Source: Dictyostelium discoideum (lineage: Eukaryota). From it: a stretch of DNA of 64,000 nt. Numbering within the stretch: the stretch's first letter is position 1; every line of letters starts with the position of its first letter. The stretch spans positions 928,001 through 992,000 of the forward strand of contig CM000153.2 of NCBI GenBank assembly GCA_000004695.1. The letters are read 5' to 3'. The notes below the pieces were generated by a model that was not told where the DNA came from, made no database searches, and was given only the letters and a program-made list of their open reading frames with translations. Of this stretch, positions 54,439-64,000 are shown piece after piece. The position numbers and the translations under genes are program-made.

Positions 54439-56735
54439 ATGTCAAATAGAGATAGAGAAATAAATGAAAAGAAAAGAAGTGAACCAGATGATTCTCAAGA
54501 TTTAGATTTACTACGCTCAAATGATGAGAAAAGAAGGAGAAGTAGTAGTGAAAGAGATTATAGAGATAGTAGAGATTATAGAGATAGTAGAGACTATAGA
54601 GATAGTAGGGATTATAGAGACAGTAGGGATTATAGAGACAGAGATAGAGATAGAGATTATGGTGGTGGTGGTAGTGGAAGAGATAGAGACCGTGATAGAT
54701 ATGATAGATATGATAGAGACCGTGATAGATATGATAGAGATTATGGTGGTGGTGGTAGAAGTAGTGATAGATACGATAGAGAATATGGTGGTGGTAGTGG
54801 TAGAAGAGATAGTGGTAGGGATTATAGGGACAATAGAGATAGTAGTAGCAGAGACAGTAGAGACAGTAGAGATAGCAGAGATCGTAGTGATAGGGATCGT
54901 AGATATAGTTCAGAGAGTAGTAGTAGTAGGGATAGACACAGTGAAAGCAATGGAAATATCAATGGTAGCAGTGGTGGTTCCAATAGGGACAGCAAAGAAA
55001 AGCAAAAAGATTTACAAAATTCACCAACTACTTCAACCTCTTCTACTTCTTCAAGTAATACTACAACAAACAAAGAATCATCATCATCATCGATTTCGAC
55101 ATCTACACCACCAACATCATCATCGACAACATCATCATCATCAACATTACCAGAACCAGATGAAGAAAGTGATCAAAGAACAGTTTTTGTATCGAAATTA
55201 TCACAAAATATTGTTGAAAAGGATTTAAGTGATTTATTTTCACAAGCAGGTACAGTATTGAATGTAAGATTGATAACGGATAAAGTTACCAAGAGAATGA
55301 AGGGTGTTGGATATGTTGAATTCTCACAAAAGGAAATGGTAGATAAAGCCATAGCTCTTAGTGGTAGTGTATTGGATGGTCAACAGATTTTGGTTCACTC
55401 AATTCAACCAGAGAAAAAGGTTATAAAGAGTAATAGTACAGGTAGTTCTGGTGGTGAGAGTAGAATTTACGTGGGTTACATTCATCTCAGTGTTGCAGAG
55501 GAACAAATCAGAGTGATCTTTCAACCCTATGGTGATATTGATTTCATTAATATTCACACCAAACCTGGTATTTCAAAATATGCATTTATCCAATTCAAAA
55601 CTCAAGAGTCTGCAAAGAGAGCCATCACCGAATTGAATGGTTATGAACTTATGGGAAAGAATTTAAAATTAAATATGGTTAGTCAAGAAAAGAACTCTAA
55701 TGGCACTTATATTCAAATTCCACAAATTAATAATATCATTCATCATAATTATGCACCAAATCAACTTTATAATGCACAAGCCGCTGCTCATATTCATCAA
55801 CAACAGCAACAACAACAACAACACTATAGTTCATTCATACAACAACAACAACAACAACAACAAATGATGATGATGCAACAACAACAACATCACCATCATC
55901 ATCATCAGCAGCAACAACAACAATTTAATTCACAACTTCAACAACAACATCAATTCCAAGCACAAATTCAAGCACATTTACAAGGTACAAACCCTAATAA
56001 CAATAGTAATCAACATACTTTTAAGGAAAATAATGCTTTATCTTCTTTAGATGAAGATGACGGTGGTATACCTTTAACGGCACATGGTAGAGCCTTGTTA
56101 ACTGCAAAATTACAAGGAAAAACTCTTACACCTCCTTCTAATAATTTAAATAATAATATTAATAATAATAATAATAATATTAATAATTTAAATAATAGTA
56201 CTCATACAGTTATTAATCCAAGTTTAGCTTCAACTGGTATCATTACTCCTTATACTCAACTTCCACATTTCGCTTTTGTTTCAACTTGTTTAATTTTAAG
56301 AAATATGTTCGACCCTGAAACGTATGTAGTATTCATTTATTTTATTTTGACAATAATAATAATATCCCTTATTAATTTTTTTTTTTTTTTTTTAAATATT
56401 TTATAGTGAAACTGAAGAAAATTGGGACCAAGATATTCTATCAGAAACTCATGCAGAATGCTCAACTTTCGGTAAAATAATGCACATTTATTTAGATAAA
56501 AATACAAAGGTAACTAGTTTTATGATTGGTAAATAATTAAAAAAAAAAAAAAAAAAATACTAATTTAAAAAATTTTTACTTAAATAATTTTTAGGGATGT
56601 ATTTATATTAGATATGATAATAATGAGTCACCATTGAAGGCAATTCAAAAACTTCATGGTAGATGGTTTTCAAAAAAACAAATTATTGCTGAACTCGTTC
56701 CAGAGCCAGTATATAAATTACAATTCCCATTTTAA
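54439..56735 (+). CDS. RBM39/CAPER-like splicing factor (RS/RD-rich N-terminus, two RRMs, poly-Q, C-terminal UHM); join(54439..56321,56407..56509,56595..56735).
   Basis: (RDYRDS)n and RDRDRD repeats. RRM1 is RTVFVSKLSQNIVEKDLSDLFSQAGTVLNVRLITDKVTKRMKGVGYVEF. RRM2 is RIYVGYIHLSVAEEQIRVIFQPYGDIDF..KYAFIQF. UHM exons are LILRNMFDPET|ETEENWDQDILSETHAECSTFGKIMHIYLDKNTK|GCIYIRYDNNESPLKAIQKLHGRWFSKKQIIAELVPEPVY, matching human RBM39 SNMFNPQTEEEVGWD...HIYVDKNSAQGNVYVKC...LHGRWFAGKMITAAYVP. Confidence 0.85.
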
Positions 56736-57330
56736 TTTTATATAATAATAATTAAAATAATAGGTAGTTTTATTAGGTGATTTTAACAATTATGTATTTC
56801 AAGTTATTATATAGAACTATTTATTTTGTCCAAACTCAATTTTCCTAAAAAAAAAAAAAAAAAAAAAAAAAACAAAAAAAAACTAAAAACAAAAAAAAAA
56901 AAAAAAACTAAAACCAAAACAAGTATACCAATTGATTAAATATATTTTTATCATCTTAAAAATATTTCTTTTTTAACCTTTTAAATCTTTTTTTTTTTTT
57001 ATTGAAATCCTAATTAAAAAATACCAAATAAAAAAAAAATAAAAAATAAAAAGCATTACTAAATTACTAAATAGGTTATATCAAATTCAAAAATTTTACC
57101 CTTTTTTTTCTTTATTATTATTATTATTTTTAAATTTATATAGGATTTTAAACTAATATATATATAATAAACAAAATTTTAAAAGTTGTAATAATTAATT
57201 TTAGATGGTTTGGTGATTAATAAAATATTTACATTTTTTAAATTTATTTTTTATTTTAAAATGTTATAGGATTCTTTTCCCAAAAAAAAAAAAAAAAAAA
57301 AAAGTTTCTCTGTTTAACAAATCATTTTTA

Positions 57331-57401
<71 letters not shown>

Positions 57402-57670
57402 AAATAAAAATAATATAAAAAATAAATAATTATTTTTTCCTTTTAAAATTATAATTTCATTTTAAAATCAATAACTTAAAAGAGTAATAATTATAAAAAT
57501 TAATTTAAATATGGTAATTATATTACAATAAAGTTAATATGTTTAGAAACCAATTATATTTAATTATATTTAATTTTATTTAATTTTATTTAATTTTATT
57601 TAATTTTAACTTTATTTAACTTTATTTAATTTTAAAGGATTTTTTTTTCTTTTTATTTAAGCAGGAAATA

Positions 57671-58213
57671 TTATTTAAATTTTGCCATTTTACAATAATA
57701 TTCATCAGAATCACCAAGAATAGACCAGTTTTTTAAGTATTTTGAATTACCGTAATAGATTTCAAAGTAGTATCTAACAAGGTTAATTGATTCTCTTGAA
57801 AATTTGATAATATTCTCTTCAAAATATGGGTTTTCCAAACCATTTGAATGAAATAAAAAAGTTTGCTGTAAATTATTACCATGGTTGTGGTTGTGCTGTG
57901 GAATTAAACTATCATAGAGACCATATTTTGATTTGGCAATAAAGGTAATTTTATGAAGTTTTAAATCTCTATAATTGTACTTCATTTCAACAAATTGATC
58001 ACGAATACAAACTGCATAAAAAGAGGCCAATTCTTCAAAAGTGTGTTCTTCTCCATCATGAATATTACACCACATTTCAACATTATCTCTATTATTCTCT
58101 CTTTTTAATTCCTTCCAATTAAAACTATTAAAATAAAGGCTTGTTTCTTCTCCTACTTCTCCTACTTCCCCCACTTCTACTCCTCCATCTAAATTATCTA
58201 TTGTAGTTGACAT
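57671..58213 (-). CDS. Hypothetical 180-aa protein with no recognisable domain.
   Basis: Complete M..stop ORF of normal amino-acid composition (MSTTIDNLDGGVEVGEVGEVGEETSLYFNSFNWKELKRENNRD...) in an otherwise gene-free 2-kb interval. Confidence 0.4.
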   Translation of the reverse strand: MSTTIDNLDGGVEVGEVGEVGEETSLYFNSFNWKELKRENNRDNVEMWCNIHDGEEHTFEELASFYAVCIRDQFVEMKYNYRDLKLHKITFIAKSKYGLYDSLIPQHNHNHGNNLQQTFLFHSNGLENPYFEENIIKFSRESINLVRYYFEIYYGNSKYLKNWSILGDSDEYYCKMAKFK

Positions 58214-58874
58214 ATTTCTTTCTAATATATAAAAATATTAAAAAAATAAATAATAAAATAATTCTATTAATTTTGTTTATATATTACCACACCAAAAAAA
58301 AAAAAAAAAATAAAAAAAAAAAAATAAAAAAACAAAATAAACAAATTAAAAATAGAAAATAAAAATAAAAAAAATAAAAATAAAAATAAAAGAATTAATA
58401 TAAAACAAAAATAGTAAAAATCACTATAATATTTTTTTTCACTGTTTTGATATTTACACTTTTTAAAGATTTCAAGGCAACAAAATCTTCATAAAAAAAT
58501 AAAAATAAAAATAAAAATATAAATAAAAAAAAATATGTATTGATCTTAAAAATAAAAAAAAAAGGAAAAAAAAAAAAATTAAATTAGTATCAATATGATC
58601 ATATTCATATTTTTTTATTTTTTCATTTATTTTTTTATTTATTTAATTATTTTTTTTTTTTTTAAATGATATATCAAATAAACACAGAATATTATGTACA
58701 TTGGGAATGTTTTTTTTTTTTTTTGTTTTTTTGTAAAAAGGGGGTAATTTAATTGAATATTTAATTTGTTATTTATTTTTTTTTGTATATTATTTTTGTA
58801 TATTATTTTTGTTATTATTTTTTTCAAAATATTTTATTACCCAAAATTTTTTTTGGAATAAATTTTTTTTTTTT

Positions 58875-58906
<32 letters not shown>

Positions 58907-58986
58907 CTTTTATTATTATTATTATTATAGTGTATTAGGATAATTACTTAATAATTTAATTTCTCAAATCTGGATATTAAAAAAAA

Positions 58987-60231
58987 ATGAAATTGTTTAA
59001 GATAATATTCTTATTAATTTCAATAATTTATTTAATTGAAAATAGTTATGCAAATACCTTGTTTAAAGATCAAAATAATGCTGCTATTGAAATTATAAAA
59101 CATATTTATGGTGGAGAAGATATAATTAATCCATGCAATTATAAACCTGATCCAGACACTCCTCCAATCTTTGTTTGTAGAGCTTCAATTGAAAGTGAAT
59201 CACTTAGTGAATTAACAGTAAAATCAATTTCAATCATTGTTTTTAACGAGAATCCAAATAGTCAAATCATAGAAATTTCAAATGATTTAACCATTTTCAA
59301 AGATGTCCAATCCATAGATATTCAAGGTGTATCAATTCCATCCGAAACAATCAATAATTTATATAAATTAGAAAGTTTAAAGGATGCGTATGTATATTAA
59401 TATATTTATATATTTATATATTTATTTAATTCATCATTTAACAAATTATTTTTTAAAAAAAAAATATATATATTTTGTAGGGTATTTTTTAAACATTCAG
59501 ATTTTCCATTAATTGATGATGATTTGATTTTACCAAAAAAAATAGAATCATTAGGGTTTACATTTTTTGGTGGGTTGGTTGGTAGAGGATTTTTTGAATC
59601 TCCAACATTGAGAGTATTAGAAATTGTAATACCATCTGATGGTTATAGAATCACCACTGATGAAATACCATTCAATGATCAATTACAATCTTTAAAATTA
59701 CCATTGACTGCAAGTAGTTCAAATCAAGCTGGTGTTACTGGAATTCATGAAAATTTAATTTCAAATTTAAGAGAATTAATTCAATTAAAGTTAATGATTT
59801 TTAATCATTTTGATGGAAAAAGATTTGAAAATCCAATTTCATTTCCAAAATATAATTCAAAATTAATTTCATTGGAGCTTTATTTCCAAGATTCCGTAGC
59901 AATACCATTCCAAGATAAAATTGTAAACTCTAATGATATTCAATTCTTTAATCTTCCATCAATTAATAAAGATATTAAATATTTAACAATTTCTGGAAAT
60001 GGTTTATATTTAGATAAAACTATTGGTTTCACTGATTTATCTAATGCAAATGATGGTTTAGAAATGTAAGTTTTAATTTTATAATAAAAAAAATATATAT
60101 TAAAAAATTAAAAATTATTAAATAACTTTTTTATTTTATATAGTGCAATTGAAGGAAATTGTAAATTTATTACAGATTGTATTGGAAGACCATGTATTAA
60201 ATTCCCATTACAAACAAAATTGTTGGTATAA
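58987..60231 (+). CDS. Secreted hypothetical protein; join(58987..59387,59481..60065,60144..60231), about 357 aa.
   Basis: Signal peptide MKLFKIIFLLISIIYLIENSYA. Junctions are GAT GC|GTATGT...TTTTGTAG|G (Ala preserved) and GAA AT|GTAAGT...TATAG|T. Terminal exon is IAIEGNCKFITDCIGRPCIKFPLQTKLLV. A further open exon-like segment at 60364..60513 could belong to it. Confidence 0.5.
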
Positions 60232-60314
60232 AAAATTTTAAAATATTATTTTGGATACTATTAATTTTTTATTTTTCATTTGTTAATTATAATATTATTA
60301 TAAATATAATTATA

Positions 60315-60346
<32 letters not shown>

Positions 60347-60610
60347 TATTATTAAAAATTAATAGGAGTTTATTTGATACAGAGGTTGACTTGCAAAAAA
60401 TTGATTTGTCAAATATTTCATCGTTATCAGTTCTTGGAAATGCCCAACCACAACCATATCCTTCTGATATTAATGTCAAGTCATTAGAAAAGATAGAAAT
60501 AAGAGACTCAAGTGTAAGTTTTTTTTTTTTTTAAAAAATATTTAATTTTGTTTTGTTTTTTGTTTTGTTTTTTTTTTTTTAATGGTAAATATATATAAGT
60601 ATTGACTAAT

Positions 60611-60656
<46 letters not shown>

Positions 60657-62290
60657 TTTCAAATATAGTTTTATGGAAATATCCCAAAATCCTACCAAAA
60701 AATAGATAGGAACGCTTTGGTATATATTGAATAAGAGGACCATGAATAAATGATTTATCCCTTAATATAATTCAATTATAATTGATATTATAATAATGAA
60801 AAAAATAAGAATCTTAAAAAAAACAAAAAAAAAAAAAAAAAAAAAATGGAAATATACATAAACATACAAATATCTTTAAAAAAAATAAAAAAATAAAGGC
60901 CAATGTTTTAAAAAACCAATTGGAAAGGGCCAATGTTTTTTGGAAATAAGAAAAAAAATTAAGAAATCGTTTTAAAATTAAAATTTATTATTTGTTTATA
61001 ATTAATAATACTATATTTTAAAATAATTTTTATGAGAATTACATTTTTTAATTAAATATTAAAAAAATAGTTTGTTAGTAATCTATTTATTTAACAGTTG
61101 AAAAAAAAAAAAAGTAATTTAAAAATGGTTATTTAACATTAGAGTACCTTTTAAATTTTTGTTTTTTTTTATAAAATTAAAATTTTAAAATTAAAAAATA
61201 ATTTTTATTTTGATTGGCTTTTTTAAATCTGTAAAAAAATTTTTTCTAAATTTCAACACTTATATATATTTTATAGGCGATTTTTATTTTATAAAAGAAA
61301 AAAATAAAACACACACACAAAATTAAATTATCGAATTATTAATATACTATCTAAAACCAGTTATATTAATTAATCACTATTAGTTATTTACTAAAAGGAA
61401 ATAAAAAATAAATAAAAATTAAATAAAAATAAAATAAAATCTTGGGATAAAAAAAAAAATTTGTATAAATTGAAATGAAAAAAAAAAATTGAAAACCATC
61501 TTCATTTCAAATACAAATACAAATTTAAAAAAAAAAATAATTTTAAAAATCAATTCAATTTCAAAAAAAAAAAAAAAAAAAACTTTTTTAATTTAAAATG
61601 TTATACAGTAAATATTTAATAAAAATTTAAAATTAAAAAATAAAATAAAATTACTAATAAAAAAAAAAATAAAAAAAAAAAAATAAAGAATCAATCTCAT
61701 CATTAGGTAATGTTAAATCAAGCCAAAACAATTTGAAATCAGTAAACCAATTGACCAACCATACTCAACAAAGTACAAACAATGTTCAATATACTCCATT
61801 AATTAATCTTTCTGCTAATATCCTTGGTCTTGATATTGAATTACACCTTTAAAGGGGTTTTTTTTTTTCAATCAATTGAAACATGATCATTTGAAATTAT
61901 TTTTATATATTATCACCCATCTTTTGGGTTAATTTTAAATAAATAAAAATTTTCAATCTTTTTATTAAAAAGTGTGTTTTTTGAATTTTCATCTTTTTTT
62001 TTTAAAAATAGATTTCCAAGATGTTTTTTTTTTTTTTTTTTTTTTTTTGGTGATTGTTGCAAAAAAAAATAATAATTGTCATCACACACACACTCACAAA
62101 AAACGTTAATCTGAATATTAATTTTCAAAATAACTTTTTTTTGAACAATGATCAATTTTAAAACAATTTTTTTTTTTTTATTTTTAAAAAACAACATTAT
62201 AAAAAAAAAAAAGAATAATTTAAAAAAAAATAAAAAATAAAAAGTATTAACTATTTAATATATTCAAATAATAATTTCCAATTTTAGAAA

Positions 62291-62579
62291 ATGCTTGCAC
62301 GAGGTAATTTTAAAATTATTAATAAAAATATAAAAAAAAAAAAAAAAAAAAAAATACTGACTTGATTCATTTTATTTATTAAAAAAATAAAATAAAACAA
62401 AAGGTTTATTTAGTCCTGGAATTTATCAAACTGTAATTGATGGAACAATAGTGGTAACAAACCAACAAAAACAATTACAATCAACATCTCTATTTGGATA
62501 TTCACCAGCTCCAATTACTGTCCCATTTCCACCATCCATTCCTAATCCAATCAATGTTGCTCCTCCTCCAAATAAATAA
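62291..62579 (+). CDS. Possible small (64 aa) Pro-rich protein MLARGGLFSPGIYQTVIDGTIVVTNQQKQLQSTSLFGYSPAPITVPFPPSIPNPINVAPPPNK; join(62291..62303,62404..62579).
   Basis: ATG CTT GCA CGA G|GTAATT micro-exon. Acceptor CAAAAG|GT restores Gly. The downstream exon is open to TAA. Confidence 0.3.
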
Positions 62580-62707
62580 AATAAGTCCTTAATTGAAACA
62601 TATCCAATTTGTATACTACTACTACTACTACCGTCACTACAAAAAACAAAGTCAATAACATTACATTTGAAATTTTAAATTAACACAAAAATAAATTTAT
62701 TTAAAAA

Positions 62708-63998
62708 TTAATCTTTATTATTATTATTATTATTATTTTTATCAAGAGTATTTTCACTAGTGGGTAATGGAGATCCTTCATGTGAAGTAGTTGGATTTTC
62801 TTCTTTGTTTCCAAATAAAAAGAGTAATAATGAATTATTAACCTTTTCAGTGATTGATTTAATAATTGTATTTGATTTTTTAAAATCATCATGAATTGGG
62901 CAATTATTTTCAGGATTTTGGCATATGAATCCCTCTTTTGTTAGTCTTCCACATTTCATAAACATTTTTAATGATGGTGAAAACACACCAACATCTTGTT
63001 CTTTTTCTTGTTCTTTTTCTTCCTTCTCATCTTGGTTATCATCAATCTCCATGCCTTCTGTCCTTTCATTTTCATTTTCATTTTCATTTTCATTTTCATT
63101 TTCATTTTCATTTTCATTTTCATTTTCATTTTCATTTTCATTTACATTTTCATTTTCATTTACATTTTCATTTTCAATTTCTTCTTCAATTTCTTCTTCA
63201 ATTTCTTCTTCAATTTCTTCTTCAATTTCAATTTCTTCTTCAATTTCTTCTTCAATTTTATTTTCAATTTCAATTTCTTCTTCAATTTTATTTTCAATTT
63301 CTTCTTCAATTTCATTTTCAATTTCAATTTCTTTTTCAATTTCTTCTTCTGCATTTTTAATTTCATTTGTATTTTCAATTTCTTCAACAATTTCTTCTAG
63401 ATTTTTAATTTGTTCATGTACATTTTTATTTTTATATTTTTCTTTTTGATTATTGATTATTCCATTTTCAATTTCTTTATGTTTATTATAATTTTCAGAA
63501 GAAACTCTTAACTTTTTGGTAATATTATTATTATTAAGTATTGGTTTTTTATTTGATTGATTCTCATTAAAGTTTCTCTTATTTGTACTTTTGTAAGTAT
63601 TAACAGATTCTATATTTTTTATAATATCTCTAAAACACTCTATTCTAATTTTTTGGGGTAAATCATTAAATGACTTTAATAATGATTCTGCTTCATTTTT
63701 AGCTATTGATCTTAAATTAATTGCTTATGTTAATTATTTAATATAACAATAGAAATATTATGTTTTAATATATAATTAAAAAAAAAAAAAAAAAAAGTAT
63801 ACAAACCTATTTAAATAATCCTCATTTATATTTTTAATAATAGATTCACGATCTGATAATTTGGAGAGGAGAAAGAAAAAAAATAAAAATAAAAATAAAA
63901 AAAAAAAAAAAAAAAAAAAAAAAAGTGAATAAACTAATTTTGAAAAATAAATTTGAAAAATAAATTTGGAAACCTACATTCAAAAACATCGATTTCAT
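62708..63998 (-). CDS. Acidic repeat protein (about 357 aa); join complement(62708..63710,63807..63852,63974..63998). The middle is encoded by the minisatellite at 63060..63360, (GAAATTGAAGAA)n and (GAAAAT)n, giving (EIEEE)n and (EN)n. A Cys/His-containing C-terminal segment (KCGRLTKEGFICQNPENNCPIHDDF) follows.
   Basis: Exon 1 is ATG AAA TCG ATG TTT TTG AAT GTA G|GTTTCC. Exon 2 is AT CGT GAA TCT ATT ATT AAA AAT ATA AAT GAG GAT TAT TTA AAT AG|GTTTGT. Exon 3 starts TTTAAG|A TCA ATA GCT. The frame was verified through the repeat. Confidence 0.5.
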
Positions 63999-64000
63999 CT

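Noticed and set aside
60276-60513. ORF 60276..60479 (-), and the open plus-strand segment 60364..60513 as a 4th exon of the secreted-protein gene
   Set aside because: The minus ORF is (ATT)n/poly-I low complexity. The plus segment is open only in a phase incompatible with the GTATAA read-through of exon 3, so I end that gene at the TAA at 60229..60231.
61688-61852. Open plus-strand segment encoding ...SISSLGNVKSSQNNLKSVNQLTNHTQQSTNNVQYTPLINLSANILGLDIELHL
   Set aside because: No start codon or convincing flanking splice sites could be assigned. It is possibly a terminal exon of an unmodelled gene, left unannotated.

Overview
Nuclear genomic DNA with the hallmarks of Dictyostelium discoideum. 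It is about 78% A+T. It has long homopolymer intergenic tracts, poly-N and poly-Q coding microsatellites, and short AT-rich introns with GTAAGT and GTATGT donors and YAG acceptors. Several 1-25-codon first exons are present, including ATGG|GTAAGT. This is a eukaryotic chromosome arm, so no prokaryotic defence systems, CRISPR arrays or operons are present or expected. I reconstructed about 25 protein-coding genes by splicing the ORF track. They are: a cAR/CRL-family GPCR fragment, a large SAP-domain protein, a beta-helix-repeat membrane protein, DEAD-box helicase ddx3, cyclophilin-40, UFL1, PP2A scaffold subunit A (8 exons), cytochrome bc1 subunit 9 (66 aa), granulin, glucose-6-phosphate isomerase, a GPI-mucin, TTC1, Rab32, proteasome beta-7, a 1180-aa multi-LIM protein, cohesin SA/SCC3, an LRR protein, UTP23, an RBM39-like splicing factor, two secreted or acidic-repeat hypothetical proteins, and an EF-hand protein. 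The most unusual region is 28.7-33.7 kb. It is a 5-kb protein-free block built from tandemly duplicated units. It carries at least 7 copies of the Dictyostelium Class I non-coding RNA gene (conserved CCTTACAGCAA motif, 5'/3' GTTGAC/GTCAAC stem, T-run terminator). Most copies have an upstream DUSE promoter box ([A/T]CCCA[C/T]AA). The block also carries two near-identical copies of a 263-nt DUSE-driven RNA with a long terminal helix, which I could not assign to a known RNA class. A second theme is recent local duplication of gene 3' ends. There are three partial, rearranged copies of the ddx3 terminal exon/intron around the real gene, and a 95%-identical tandem copy of the last TPR segment of cyclophilin-40. 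All coordinates for spliced models are hand-derived and carry an uncertainty of about 1-3 nt at some junctions.
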